Shown here piece by piece: positions 1 to 14,816 of a DNA stretch of 64,000 bases. Under the pieces are notes generated by a model. It was not told the DNA's origin. It did not search any database and saw only the letters and a list, made by a program, of their open reading frames with translations. How positions within the stretch are numbered: the stretch's first letter is position 1; each line of letters opens with the position of its first letter. This stretch comes from Octopus sinensis (taxonomy: Eukaryota): positions 175,708,001 to 175,772,000 of the forward strand of contig NC_042997.1 in the NCBI RefSeq assembly GCF_006345805.1. The letters are read 5' to 3'. Made by a program: the position numbers and the translations under genes.

Positions 1-282
1 TCTTTTGTTAAACTGTTCTAGATTGAAGTTTCATTGATGTTGGCTTTGCCTACCTTTGTTCTGGAAGTCTTGTTAACACAAATGTCAGTCAGATCGTGAT
101 ATGAAATCAGATGACTGTTTCCAATAAAAAAGAAAAAAATTGCTGTCTTAGAAACTGAATGTTTAATGTGACTAGATTCACTTCGTATTTTATATTTTCA
201 TTTATCCTTCTCTTCAGTTAGTATATTCTCCAGTCATTGTCAGCTGTCAGGTTCCTATATTATCTATAATTCTTTGCAACTA

Positions 283-468
283 ATATTGGCACAAGGCCAG
301 TAATTTGGAGGGGTAAGTTGATTACAACAGTCCCAGTGCTCAGTTGGTTCTTATTTTATCAACCCCTAAAAGATGAAAGTTGACCTTGGCAGCATTTGAA
401 CTCAGAGCATAAAATGCTGGAAGAAATGCCGCTAAGCATTTTGTCTGGCATGCTAATGATTTTGCCAG
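283..468 (-). mobile_element. Family B SINE (similar copies at about 6830-7000, 7915-8110, 15610-15820, 20060-20205, 43560-43700)
   Basis: ggcacaaggccag...cccagtgctcagttggttcttattttatcaacccc...atttgaactcag. Confidence 0.7.
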
Positions 469-1009
469 ATCTTACATTGTCTGAAATGGTATTTTGTTGG
501 CACAGGGAGAGAAATAAGAAGTAGAGTCAAAGGAAGACAGCTGCTGGCAAATATTTAAAACCCTCTGAAAAAGGAATTGATTAAACATAGTTTGTTGCAA
601 GAATTTCTCTGCCAGATCTGGCAAATATAGATGAAATTTTTATTTCATTAATGTAAAAATAAGCTTTAAAAACACTAGCAATTGCCTAATGATGGAAGAA
701 AATGTAGTGTTCAAGGAAAGGTATGAGATTATTGTGTTAGTATTGGCTGTTTAATTATATCTTAATGATTCTCATTCAGAGCTTATCTCTAGTTATTATA
801 TACAATTGAAGATAAATTTGTTAAAAGGTAATATTGCACTTGTAACTTGATTGTAGGTTTATGTTTGAGAGCAGTAGTGAAATTAATGGTTGTAATTTTT
901 AAAATCCTTTCTTTTAGAAGACAAGTGTACAAGGTGGGCTGAATATTTATTTCACTCCGTAGAAATATGACAGCTAAATGCTTTGAGTAACTTAGAGATG
1001 TACTATTGT

Positions 1010-1955
1010 TTAGGGCATCCTCCCACAAGTCAGCCCTAATCAAGCTGTTTTATGATCAAAAGTATCCCACCTATGACCTTCCCATTTTCTTCCATTTTAG
1101 TATATCTAGGATTCCATCAATGCTTGTGTTCTTTTTAAGACATTAGGATGTGATATAGGGACATTTTGTTATTTCTTGTTGATCAAATGATTGCTTAAAG
1201 TTTCCCTTATTGATTCAGTGATGTATTTGTTGTTTAACCTCTGATCAGCTCAGTCTTGATTGAGCAGATGTCAAAAGTATTCTAGCCATGACCATCCCTT
1301 CCTTCTTTTTAGTATATAGGACTACAGTATGAAACAGGTTTTACCTTCTTTAAGATGGTAGGGTGTGATGAGAGAGATTTGCTCAGCATGTTGAGTAACC
1401 ATATAGTCTCCTTTGGCTTAATGATTAGATAATATTGTGGTTGATATTTAAAATATCAAACATTCACTGCACTTTAAAAAAAATAGTATTGAAGAAACTC
1501 TAACCACTATTATTTCTACATCAAAGAAAATAGATATGAAATGAAGAGGGGAAATATAATTTTTATCCATTTTGCTGATGAAAGTTTTTATAATCAACCA
1601 GGCAGAAATTTTATCTACATATTTAGATGATAGGGATCTGTTTTCTGAGAATGAGAAGATTGGAAAAGAAAGTTATGATCACATCAACTTGAGTTCATTA
1701 GCACTGAACATCTTTGCATAGGAAAACTACAAACATGAGCATTACAACAGTTGTTATTGTTTAGACTTAGGTTAGCCCTGACCTAGTAGATCTGTGATCA
1801 AAGATATTTCAGCCATGACCATCTCATCTCTTTTTCAGGCATTTTTGTGTACTGTGGATTACATCATTCAATGACAACTTTTTTTGTTAAGTTCATAGTA
1901 TTTGATTTGTGGTAGATTTGGTTGCTATTTCTAGCAGGTTGAGCTTCCTTATTGG
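1010..1955. repeat. Three decayed copies of an interspersed repeat (also about 3895-4100, 6040-6250, 8870-9070, 18775-18920, 19700-19880, 42845-43060, 54490-54660, 58860-59050)
   Basis: Recurrent tgatcaaa..attccagccatgaccatc and gtgatttgagggagatttggctgctatttctagcaggttgag blocks. Confidence 0.6.
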
Positions 1956-3284
1956 CTCATAGCAGTAGGAACTGTTGCATATTGCATGTGAATAGTATTT
2001 TATTTTTACAACTAGTTAAATCTACTTGATAAGCTGTTCTCATCTTTATCCAGAACTAGGCTCTTGTGTCAATTCTCTTATCTGCTTTAACTTAGCTCAC
2101 CTGGTTCTTTTATTTCTTTGTTATATTTAGTATATATTTTTTTAAATTGTATCTTCATAATTTCTTTCATTATTTTCACCATTGTTGTGGTGAATTGGTA
2201 GAACCAGTAGAGCATCAGGCAAAATAAATGCCATTTGGTATTTATTGTGGCTCATTACATTGCGAGTTCAAATCCCAGATGGGCCAGTAAAATACTGTAA
2301 TTATTAATTATTCTCACTACAGTGACTTCTTCCTTATTTTCTCCAGTATCATAAACAACTTTATATGTCTTTTGACTTCTAACTCAATGCTGTATAAAGT
2401 TGCTTCCTGATCAGAGAGAGAAGTCTCAGCTGCTTCAGCCAATTGAATTTTATAAAGTAAGATGGAATTTCACTCAACATATTCATGTGAAAATATTTTC
2501 AATGTGTAAAAAGACAGAAAGCAGTTAGTTATAAAGCGGCTGCTAGCATACTTGGTTTTTCTTAATTAAAATTACACTGTTATAAGAACAATCTAAGTTA
2601 TTAATTCCATTAAAAAAAGATAATGGGAGGTAACCTCCAAATGTTGATTAATCAAAATTAATTAACTATGGAATGCAGTGAGAAATGGATCAAGTATTAA
2701 GCAATACAGTGTAAATGCTGGGCACGTTTAAGTTTTATTAGATTTTATCAAAATGCATATTTTATCCATGACTGTCAGATCTTAGAACAAAAAAGATATA
2801 TGAGACTTTTGTGAATGAACACAGATTGGTGTTATTTAAAGAACAACTAGGAAAAATATCCTGAAATACCTGCTGAAAACTTAATAGTTAAGTGGCCACT
2901 AGTAGATTTCATTTATGGTAAATCACTTTCTAAATGATTAAGTTTCATTCGAAAGAAGTAAGAGAAGACAAAGTTAATGAAGTATATATTAATAGCTAAT
3001 GATATGTAACAATATAGTCAATGAAAAGTAGTTAATCTTGTTATGTAAATAATATTATCAAAATTATATTGCAAATATTTTTGGCAAACCATGATTTTTA
3101 CATATTGAAATATTTAGTAAACCTCTCCAGTACTGTAAACATCAGATTCATATTTATTAGCTGGTAGTTCTGTACTAGCTTTGGTTAGTCATGTGGCAGC
3201 TAAGTTTCTACTTAAAGAGGGAACCAACAAGCTAATCAAACATCTCAAATTTGTTGTCACATAGCTTGTCAAAAATATTTAGAG

Positions 3285-3511
3285 CAGTGATTCTCAACCA
3301 TTTTTTGCCTATGGAATTTGATTCCTATTTTACCCCCATAGTCACTCAATTTTAAAAAAAAACAACCTCATTATATTTTTATAATTGAATATTATTAGGA
3401 ATTGTATTAAAAAATTGTAAAAGTATTTTGTGTATTGTAGAAGTATAACCAGCTTATTACACAAAAACTTCAACAACAAAATCTTACATGGACCTGAGTT
3501 GAGAACCACTG
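3285..3511. mobile_element. hAT-like MITE
   Basis: TIRs cagtgattctcaac / gttgagaaccactg; TSD not preserved. Confidence 0.65.
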
Positions 3512-6500
3512 GCTTGTGTATTACTCCAATATAATTATTTTTTAAGCAATGCAAATGTGCTTTCCACATAGCATGACATTCCTTGTACTTCCATATTGTA
3601 AACATATCTTCAATATAAAAATATATGGAAAGCCATGCTGGCTTTGTGGTTAAGCTTTGCTTCAGAATCATGGGTCTGAGTTCATTGTGACTGCACAGCA
3701 CCATAGGAAAGTGTTACAGTTGATTAAAACCTTGAAAGCAGTGTCTGAGCACGGCCAGTGTCCTGAGATAATCCAATGAGTGAATAAAAGAATCCATCAG
3801 ATCCACTCCACAAAGAACAATCAGTAATATTGATCTTTTCTTTGAAGTGTCTCTGTACTAACTTTGGCAAGTAATATAATAATTAAATTTGTTTTCATAA
3901 ACCTCAGGTCTTCTTTGATCCAGCAGACATGATCAAAAAAGCATTCTATCTGTGGTCATTACTTTCTGTGTATATCTATGACTATATTAGTCGTGTTATT
4001 TCTTTCTTAAGATTGTTGGATATTGACTGTTGCTGGAAGAATAAGTGGTAGACTTAACTGTTATTTCTTGCAAGTCAATCCAGTGTGTAGAGGATTCCTT
4101 GTTGACATGGTTAATTTTTTTTTTTTTACCTGAAGAATGGGCCAATTACATGTAGTTGATTAACCCCCAAGTTAGCTGTAAGCAGAAATATGACCAAAGG
4201 CACATAAGCCATGATCATCCAATTGGGTGTTTTTTCCTCAGGAATTTATTATCAAAACTTCAATTATTTTTTTTTTAAAGATAGTAGGATATAATATGTG
4301 GGTGAATTGGCTGCTATTTCTAAAAGTCAAGTAAATCTGTAGAAACTCCCTAATTGGCTTGTGGAAATATCTAATGGCGTACCAAAATGTTTGAGAAATT
4401 CCTAGTAGTTTTATTTTCATCAGAAGACATAATTATCTATGTTTTATTCTTATTAAGCATGCAATAAATAATAAACATGCTTTGATACACTGAAATAACA
4501 TTTCATTTTTCGCCCCATAAAATTTTCTTGAGTTTGGTGATAATTTTAAAATGTAACTGTAGAGAAACCAAATGAATATTTAAAACACATACTTTTCTTC
4601 CTTTCACACACACTCGGTTTTTCTAAATCAATAAAAAATCAAAACCAATATGTAGAGCTTAAAAGAGGAAAGTATGAGACTCTGTCCAAATCCACACAAT
4701 CTGACCTTCTCTCCATGGGAAATATTCATTGTTTTTTTTTAATTTGTCCCAACAGTTTAGAGCAATTTTTCCATACTATTTCTCTTGATGTATGAAAGTC
4801 CTGTTGAAGTCTTTGACTTGTCTGACCTATTTCAGTATGGAATGCTTTGTTTGTGCAGCCATTTACCTCTCCCCATCACCTCCTCTTTGTAATTAGTAGT
4901 GAGTCTGTTATGAAATGACAAACATCCAGCATCAATCATTTGATAATCATGGATTTTTGCCAGGCTTGTTTTTGTTTCTGGTGGGGTTAAATGAGAGAAC
5001 AAAGACAATTCATACTGTGAGAATCGTGCTGTTTAGAATATATCCTGTTATTTCGGGTTCTTTTTTTTTTTTTACTCTTTGCTTTTAAACTTCTAACAAA
5101 CCACAAAATATAATTTAGTTTTAGTTTTTGTTTGTTTGGGATTTTTTTCCCCTTTCCAAAGAAGGAAAGTAGAAAGAAATTGCATTAATTTCGTTTTTTT
5201 TTTGTTTTGTTTTTACATCCCCATTCACTAATATTTGCTATTTTTTCTCCTATAAGATACAAAAACGACAGAAACAAGTGGTTTAAAAAGAAATTTAAAG
5301 TAAAGTTGTAAAGATATTCCAATGTGAAGTTATAATGAATTTATTCTACTTTTTATTTCCGTATTTTTTACATTTTCTCTTTTAACTACTATTTTTTTAT
5401 ATATACATATTGAATTATCAAGTATTATGTGTATGTGTACACATTAATTTCCTAAGCAAGTTTTTTGTCCTATTTTTAGAGCCATGAATTACCTCCATTA
5501 GAAAATAAATGCAAAGTATAATCAAATTTAGTTTATTTCTTGCTATGAATGGCATTTTACAGACACATTGACTTAATTTGCTAATACTAATCTTCTTGGG
5601 ACTGACTTGGGAATAACACTAAATTTGTTTGCTCAGTTTTATTTGGGTTACTGCTAGAATGTCATGACTGGAATCTCCTATTGTAGAAAATAAATGAAAT
5701 AAAAACAGTTACATATTTAGTAGTCGGTGAAAGAAAGATTCTTTTGCTTAGATGACCTGATTAATAGTGGTAGTTGAGTTAATGATACTAGAGTTTGTAG
5801 GATAAGAAATGAATGAAAAAACGTTTTGGGAATTGCTTCTGCCACTGGTAATCTAAGAGACCTCTCTTCCCACCTCTCTTTCTGTAAGAAGAACAAATCC
5901 TGTGATAAGTATGTCAAAAGTGTGATATTGTATGACAGTGAAATATGTGTTGTGAACGCAGAAGACATACACTAATTAGAGATAAATAAATTTGATATAT
6001 TTTGTAAACTCTTGAAATAATTTGAGTGCAAAAGGGTTGCTGTTTAGCATAAGGTTAACTTTGACTAAAGACACCTATGTTAAAAGAAATTCAAGCAGTG
6101 ACCATCACGTTTCTAAACCGTACTATCCAATGTATCCTCTCTTTCTTTTCTTTTCTTTTTTTTTTTCTGATGGTTGGGTGTGATGTGGAGGTAATTTGGC
6201 TGTAGTTTTTTAACAGGTTAAGTGTCTATTTTGAAACTCCTTTGCTGTGTTGACATACTGACTGAATATCAAATACATTAGCAAATGAGTGCTAAAATGA
6301 AACTTGTATGGCCTTGTAATGCATGAATATATATCTTAGGGGAAAGTGTGTTATCTATGAGATAATAATAAAACAAGGCATGGCAGCTAGAGATAAGTTA
6401 AAGAAAAACTTGATTCAAGTAAGTAGTTACATCATATGAAGTTTCTCACAAGATAACATGAGTCTAAACCATAAAAACCTTGATTAAGAAAATAAGCATT

Positions 6501-7429
6501 AAACTGATGATATTAAAGAATTTTAGAATTTCTATTGTTGAAAGCTTGGTTGTTGATTGATGTGGAAAGAGTACAGCTGAAGATTTTGTTACTGTGAAAC
6601 GATGCCCTAATTTATAATACGTTGAGAAGTGAGTGATTGGCACCTCTCACTTGCAAGGTTTTCTTCATATTCTCTATGAGAAAAATAAACATGTTTTTTT
6701 TACTCAAAATCTAACTCTTAATAAGATTTTGAAAACATGAATTAGAAAGTAGTTATTATCAGGAAGGTGGGACAAATAAATTCAGAAATTTAGTTAGTCT
6801 TCAGCAGAAGAACACTGCTAATGATAATTTCTAATATAGGCACAAGGCCAAACATTTTGGGAAAGGACATGGTAGATTATTTTGACCCTAGAACTTAATT
6901 AATGCTTATTTTTGATTCTCAGAAGGATAAAAGGTGAAGCTTAGTTTGGTGGAATTTGAACTTAGAAGTAAATGGACAAAATGTTAGGCATTTTGTCCAG
7001 TTACTTCAGCCTAATAAAATTACAATTTTTGATAGTGTGCTAAGGTCATACATTTGCTAATAGTTAATACAGTAGATTGGCTGCCCTCAGCATATTTCTG
7101 ACACAATGAAAAGGTCACACATTTGTTATGGGTTTGGCCCAATTGATTGATTAATCTCCTCAGTATATTTGTGATTGAGTCAAGGCCACACATCTGTTAA
7201 GGGTTATGTCTTGTAGATTGATTCAATTAATCTCTTCTGTACATTTACTGAACATTATAACAATAATAACAAATTTGTAATTTAAACAATTGAATATAAT
7301 GGCATCAAGATCTAATAAAGTAAATGGAAGATCTAGGATATGAAAGTTAAAGTTTTGTGTGATAAGAATCTTAAAGTAAGAAAAAAACAAGTCATGCGTT
7401 CTATTTTACTTGTGTGTGTGTAAGAAAGA

Positions 7430-7430
<1 letters not shown>

Positions 7431-7498
<68 letters not shown>
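7431..7498. repeat. (CA)n microsatellite
   Basis: Perfect dinucleotide run. Confidence 0.95.
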
Positions 7499-7501
<3 letters not shown>

Positions 7502-8339
7502 GAAGGATTAGATAGTTAACTAGATAGATGGGAAAGTGACAGAAAGGAACAGAGGTAACCATCAGTCAGTAGTGAAACAGACAGTCATGTGAGCATACAG
7601 TGAAATAAGGGAGTGATGGGGAAAAAAGAATGAGGTAGGAAGGTAGGTGAGGTAGGAAGGTAGGAAGAAATAGCCTAAGAGGAGAGAGATAAGATGATAG
7701 ATTTCTATATTAGTATATGATAAAAATATAGGTATAGAGAGTGAGAAGATTATAGAGTTTGTGATAAATGCATATATGACATCAAAGTGAATGTTGTACA
7801 TGGATGGAAGCACATGAGGAAATGAAGAAAAGAAATTGAGGCAGATTTTGATAAGAAAAAAAGGAAGGAAATATATATAGTCAGTTAAAGACAAAGATAG
7901 GAAATAATTGTTTCTTACGCAGGTACAAGGCTATAAATTAGGAGTAGCGGTTAGTTGGCTTAATCAACCCTAGTACTTGACTGGTACTTTATTTTATTGA
8001 CCACCGAACAGAAAGGCAATGTTGACCTTGACAGAATTTGAACTCAGAACATAGAGAGCCAGAACAAATGCTGCAAGGCATTTTGTGTGACACTAACAAT
8101 TTCACCAATCCACCATTGCTGAAAGAAATAGTTAAGTATGTGAATGAATCAGTGAAAATAAAGGAGAAGAGGAAGTGGAGGTAGAGTCAATAAAAGAAGA
8201 CAAAATGAAACACCAGAAAATATAGCAAGATTTGAAGCAAAAACATTAAGAATTATTGAAAGGAGGCAGGAAAAAAATCCTTGTTTTTGATAGATATTAT
8301 GCTTGTCAGTAAATAATCATTTGAAATTCTTTTGTTTAA

Positions 8340-8720
8340 TCATTATTCATCATTATTAATGTCTTCCTTCCATGCGAGAAGGAGTACCTTAATGCTAACT
8401 CTTGTGAAACCCTCCAACCCATGCTGGCATAGGTTGGGTGGTTTGACAGGAAGTGACAAGTTAGGAGAATGTGCCAAGCTCTACTGTCTATTTTGGCATG
8501 GTTTCTATGGCTGGATACCTTTCCTAATGTCAACACTTAAGGGTGTATTGGGTACATTTTACATGGCACCTGCAGCAGTGACATCATCAAGTAACTTGCA
8601 AGACAAGACCCCCTCAACTGAGGTGATAGTGAAGTAGTGGGCTATGTGCCAAGTGACAGGAGGCTAGAATATGTAAAGAGGGACAGGAATAGATGTCTGG
8701 CAGTAGAGGAGATAAATACC
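8340..8720 (-). mobile_element. Decayed RTE-like 3' fragment
   Basis: ccatgctggcataggttgg...ggctggatacctttcctaatg resembles the family above. Confidence 0.55.
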
Positions 8721-9963
8721 ATGTATCTCCTATACTGTATACATCAGTTGGAGAGGGAAAGGAAGAAAGAAAAGTTTATGATTTTAATTGTAAAGTATCC
8801 ATCTAAAAAAAGTGTAAAACTGAATATAAATATGGCTAACTATTTTTTTAAATAAATTACTGTTGTTGTTTAACTGTAAATTGACCCAAATTGAGCAAGC
8901 CTATGATTTAAAGTATTCTTGCTAAGGTGATTCCCTCTGAGATTTTTTTCAAACACTATCTAGCATTAACCTTATGCAATGTATCCTGTTTATAGGGTGG
9001 CAAGGTGATATGAAAAAGATTTGGCTGCAATCTCTAGCAGATTGAACGATTGCATAGAACCATCCCCTTGGCATATCATTTTGATAAATTATCAGGAAGA
9101 GATGGGTAGTGTCCCTGACCTTTTTATAGCCTCCCCTTCCCATCCCACCTTGCTCAAAATTTGGGATTGATGTGGTGATGCCCAGAACGAACATCAGCAG
9201 AAATAGGATGGCAGTGCCTTGATTAACCGATTTATTAAATAGTCTGATTTAGATTTTGTGTGTACCATTAGGAAACTGGCATGAATATTTTAAATTATTT
9301 ACTGTAACCATTTCCCTTGGCAGCTTCCCTTATCCTATTCACCTATACATTATAAAGTTGTTGTTTTTTTATTCTATCAATCTTAGACATCTGCATAAAT
9401 TTAAAACTCTATTTATTTAACTATTTAGTTTGCTTTGCAAAATTGCCAATATTCAATAGTAGTTCATTTTATAAGTGCTTATAAAATATCGCAGCATTAT
9501 GACAAAACTTTAAGAGAATGTCATAGTGATCATTAAGATAGTTCCAGATTGTAATCAATAATTATGCTGGTAGGGGGAGGAGGCAAGTATTGTAGAGCAA
9601 GAAGTGAGCTAAGTCTGCAAGTTGGTTTTGTTTCTTGGTTCAAGCCAGTTCACTCACATATTGTTCTTCAATGTTATTGGGAAAAGGCATTAACATTATA
9701 CAACTTCATTCTCTTCTCTTGACAAACTGTAGCCATTTGCTTGACTGTTTTTCATTTTTCTATTATTAGCACTGAAGACTAGATCTTTGGATTGTTTGTG
9801 CCACATTCTTGGCAGTAACATCTGTTTATACCCCTTCAGGTCTTTTTTTTAGTAGTATTTGAGTTTCTTGGGGTAAATTCATTAGTTTTTTTTTTTTTTT
9901 GTTACAAAGAATCTTGCAGATCTGAGGTATCAACTATCTCAACATGATTCACTGATTTTTTTG

Positions 9964-10600
9964 TGAAAAAGTCACACCTTAGCAGAAGAGGGAACCTGTG
10001 GAAGAGGAAGACCTGGGAGGAGGTGGTGAAGTACGACCTTCGAATGTTGGGCCTCATGGAAGCGATGACAAGTGATCGAGTCCTTTGGAGATATGCTGTG
10101 CTTGAGAAGACCCAGCAAGCCAAGTGAGGCCGTAACTGTGGCGTATGCCAGTGTAGCATAATTGGTCCATTTAAGAGTACTCTGCAATCATTGGGCAATA
10201 AACTGCACTTGCGAAAACCTGTTGAGTTAAGTGAAGTCATCGTCGTGGCCAATGACAGTACTGCCTGATTGGCACCCATGCCGGTGGCACATAAAAAGCA
10301 CCATTCGAGTGTGGTCAATACCAGTGCTAGCTGACTGGTCCAGTGCTGGTGGCACATAAAATGCACCATTCAAGCATGGTCAATGCCAGTACCACCTGAC
10401 TGGCCCTCATGGCGGTGGCACATAAAAAGCTCCCACTACACTCTTGGAGTGATTGGCGTCAGGAAAGGCATCCAGCTGTAGAAACTTTGCCAGATCAGAT
10501 TGGAGCCTGGTGCAGCCTTCTGGCTTGCCAGCTATCAGTCAAACCGTCCAACCCATGCCAGCATGGAAAGCAGACGTTAAATGAAGACAATGTTGATGAT
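9964..10600 (+). mobile_element. RTE-like LINE 3' fragment with internally repeated 3' UTR
   Basis: Decayed EGTCGRG...TWEEVV..DL....W ORF end; repeated ggtggcacataaaa units; ends ccaacccatgccagcatggaaagcagacgttaaatga..gatgat. Confidence 0.75.
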
Positions 10601-12002
10601 GAAGTAAAGAACCAGAATTATTATGTCCTTTATATTTTCATGTAGCATGCATTGTAACATATTTCAATAAACAAACTATATGTATATTGGTAATGTCATA
10701 GATAAGGAATGCTTCAAAATATGTAATACTTGAAATATATAATGTAAATTCATTGGATTGTATTTGATGGAATAATTTAAGTTTATACAACACACCTACT
10801 TAATTCATCCACCCTTGGTAAAATGATCATTAAAATAATGGTCTGGAATAAAATTTAATATTTATCAACACTTGGTAATACTGGTATATTTATTTCATAA
10901 TTTTTGTTTATTATTTTGTCCTAAGATTAGGAACAGTGCTCAATAGTTTTAAATTTGTATAAATCCATGGTCAAACTTTGGTGTCTTGTAAAAGCATGAA
11001 TGCCATATCTTCTCATATTCTTCATATAAGTCGGAAACATATCTCTTATAATTATGTATGCGTGCGCGCACACGCAGACACACACACACCATGTTAAAGC
11101 TTTCCGAACAGCAAAGTTGGGAGTTTCAGCTTGTTGGTTTTGTGAGTAGAAAAATTTCAAAAGACTGAATATAATATTAGCACAATTTTCAGAAAATCTC
11201 TTTCAGGACTCACAAGGAGAATACTTGTGGCTTCTTATAAGTAATCAATATCCCTCCCCCAGTTAATAACTCCTGCAGTTGCAAAAACAACTTTGCTTCT
11301 TTGAACTAGCAAGTCCCATTCTCCCAGTTTCCCACTCCACCCAAATCTGTCTAATACTCCTACCTTGCCCCTCTCATTTCTATGTTGTCTCATACCCACT
11401 CTGCTGTCCTACTATAATACTTTTCTTCAATCCTTCCTCTTTAGAGCAGCAACCTTTGCTCTACCCACAATTTCCTTACAGCCATAAAACTATTTAAGTT
11501 CAAATTGAACATCAATCATCTCAACCTCACCATGTTCTGGGTGAGCCGGCAAAGGTCATGGACACTACCCTTCCTTCACTGGCTACAAAATAATAATAAT
11601 AATAATAATAATGATGATGATGATAATGAAACAAATACTATCCACATCTTTTACCATCAACTAAATTTACCGAAGTTTTGTATTTGAGTGTTACTATTTA
11701 TCCTATTGTCTTGATTTCCAAAGAATGAATTCATTTGGTTGATTAGAACTCTGCTCAAGTTGGCCTTGTACTTAGTCCCAAAAAAAAAATCAGCTTCTTG
11801 AGTAATTGGATGAAGAGAGAGAAAGAAGCAGCTTTTGTTAATTTGGATCCAGTGTTTGTGATAAAAGGTTATCACAGACATGTGGACTGTCAGAACCAAT
11901 AATAGTGGAGGAGGAGGAGGGAGACAAAATCCATATAGTAATTTGTTCTAACATTATATACAATTTTTCTTAATGCTGTGTGCATTACTTGCCAGGTGAT
12001 TG

Positions 12003-12037
<35 letters not shown>

Positions 12038-13739
12038 TGCTGCAGAGCACCTGCAATTCCCTTTTATGGATTTATATACAACAAATATATATTTTTTATA
12101 ATATCTAATGTTTATATCAAAGATTTAGCAGTTAATTCATAGTACCATTATGAATGTGAAAAAATGTCATTTGAATGTTGTTGAAAATTGTAACACTTGA
12201 AATGTTGTGGGAATGGAAACATAAAAAATGAGATTAGTAATTAGGATATTAATCAGAAATATAGAACTGTAATCTCCGAAAAGGCAAATATCTAATTATA
12301 TTTAGAAAAGCATTAAAATTTACATATCTGAAATGTATTGGTGCTATTTTAGCATACACTCTACCCCAGTATTTGTAATCTACACTGTGAAATGACTTGA
12401 TCTGGATTAGGATTTAGGGTAAAAGTTAGAGGTAAGGTTAGGGTCAGATTGCACACAAAAGTTTAAGTGGCCAGGTAGACTACACACTAAAGTGGCACCA
12501 TGATGTCATTAAAAAGCAATAAAAGGAATGAGAATTAATCAAATGAATTTTCTAACAAATATTGCCACGAAGCTTCAAACCATTGTTTGAAATGACAAGT
12601 GTCTGTCTGTTTTAATCAGTAATAGATCTGTATTGTGTGTCTAATTTATTGTATCTGACATTTTCATTGTCAACAGATGAGTCATTTTCTTTACTTTGTA
12701 TTTTCAACTTACATGAATTGAACTGAATTTGTTTCCTGTCATATTTTAAATAGTTCTAGATAACCTGTTGCCTTTCAGAAACTCAGCAATACTACATCTA
12801 AGTATCTAGAATTTATCATTAACTACTGTTTAAATGGACATCTTATTGAATAAGCATTTTAAAATTGTTGCATTTTTGAGTGTTAAAGCTTTTATATTAC
12901 TCTTTAACCACTTACAATCACATCAGTTTGGATGTTACATTAATTTTTAAGTCTCCAATTTTACTCTACAAAATTGCTTTCAAATGTCTTTTTTCTATAA
13001 TCCTGAATAATAATTCTTGTTTCTTAGACATCTGACAGACAGATAGCTTGGTTCTTATTGTTTTCAGTTTTTGCTTTGTTATTCAGATTTTTTTTTTTTT
13101 TTTGTGTTGCTAGCAAGTGTTTTTCAGATTTATTTTTCTAGTTTTGAAAATTATCATCATGGAATAGTTTCATGGTGGACAATTTCTTTTTTCTTTATCA
13201 TACTCAATGTCCTTTTAAGGAAGGGATTTGATAGTTATAGAATAAAGCTCGTACTTATTCTATTTAACTTCGTTCAGGGAACGAATGGAAAAATTGAATT
13301 TTGTGCACTTCAGTGCAGTATTTCTTCTACTAATTAGAAATACATTGTTCAAATCTCACCAAGTACAATGTTATATTCATAGTAAAGTATTAGGAAATAG
13401 TCCTTATTAGCAGCAGAGATGGTTCTCTTATTTATTAAGGAGGTAGGTTTGAAATATTGCAAAAACACTTGAATGCATATATTATTTTTTTCAGAACAAA
13501 AGGAAACGAAAAAACAATTACTGAACCAACTACTTAAAAACCTCTTTCTAGCATAGAAAAAATTGGCAAGTCCTGGGAAGGTTTTGTTTTTTATTTTCAA
13601 ATAACAAGATTTTGCACATTGATTTTGTGACTCCAGTTCTGAGTCACACAAAGCTGACTTAATGCCTTGGTTATCCATTGAACATTGTATCAACTACCCA
13701 CAAGTCCCAAACCCCATTATACTTTGTTTTTAGTACAGC

Positions 13740-13764
13740 ATGGGATCAGACCACTCTCCAACAT
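13740..13764 (+). CDS. Candidate first coding exon of the choline transporter-like gene (MGSDHSPT + 1 nt)
   Basis: tttgtttttag acceptor at 13733, ATG GGA at 13740, gtaagt donor in phase 1, which the phase-1 exon at 25383 requires. SLC44 proteins usually begin MG. No homology support for so short a peptide. Confidence 0.45.
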
Positions 13765-14816
13765 GTAAGTGTAGAATATATATTGTATACTAGTCACATA
13801 TTCTTAATATTACATGTGGAGAAAGAACCATTTATTATTAGAAACAAAAACTAGATGACTGATAGTAAATATGCCAGGCAAGTTACCTGGGGCCTAATCC
13901 TGTTAATCAAAGGCCAGTATTTATTGTGATAAAATTAAAATAGAGAATGCACCTCTATTGCAAGTTAAGAAATAGATTTCTTAGAATTTTGTCTTTATGG
14001 GAGATATTCTACTAAATAGCTTTCTTTATAATATTAATCTTTTTAAAACAGTTGGACATTTATTATAATCAACTGTATATTATACCTACTTATTGGATTA
14101 AGCTTTTTATATAATAAGGTTACTTGAAGTGAATATAGTTTGGACAATCTGAGTTTTAATATTTAAACTTTTAGGATACAAGGAAAACATTGATAATCAT
14201 TGCTTGGCTTAGATTGCATTCTTAGTGTGAAGGGATTTCATAGGGATTTATAGGGAGATGAGATTGTATGACATCCATATTTCTCGAAGAGCAATAACAA
14301 TATAAATTAAGCAAAGTAGCTAGGAGTCAAAATGGTCATAGATTCAGGTCTATAACATACATTTATTCTGCATTGTAGAAGTTTTTTTTTAATTTGAATC
14401 TCTTGACACTTGTTGCATTCAGTAACCTAAGTGAGCAAAGCTTATTAAATTAGGAAATTTAGCTATACTTAACAAAAAGAAAAAAATTCCAAGCATTGTA
14501 ATGTGCACAAAAGTTCAGTCATTCAGATGTTTATGACAGTAAGCATATCAAAGTGGATAAAAGTAGAATATGAAAATACGTAGGAAGATGGACAATTATT
14601 GCATATCAAGTAAATTATAAGGAATTTAGTGTCGATAGAGGAAGAAGCTAAAGGTTAACTTGAAATAAGGAGATTGAAAGTGTTGTAAGATAAGTAGTTG
14701 AAGACAAGATAAAATGTGAGAAAATTATGCCAGTAAACTAACTTTTCACAATACTTCATGAGACATGAATATGAAAAGACTTAGCTTCTAATATCATAAC
14801 AGGAAGAAAACATTAA

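Noticed and set aside
6380-6418. ATG exon candidate MAARDKLKKNLIQ|gtaagt
   Set aside because: Phase 0 donor is incompatible with the phase-1 CTL exon, and no bridging exon was found
10255-10435. CRISPR-like repeat-spacer pattern (ggtggcacataaaa units)
   Set aside because: Eukaryotic context, spacers are mutually similar, no cas genes; internal tandem repeats of an RTE-like 3' UTR
12405-12447. Degenerate TTAGGG-like hexamers
   Set aside because: Too short and degenerate to call interstitial telomeric sequence
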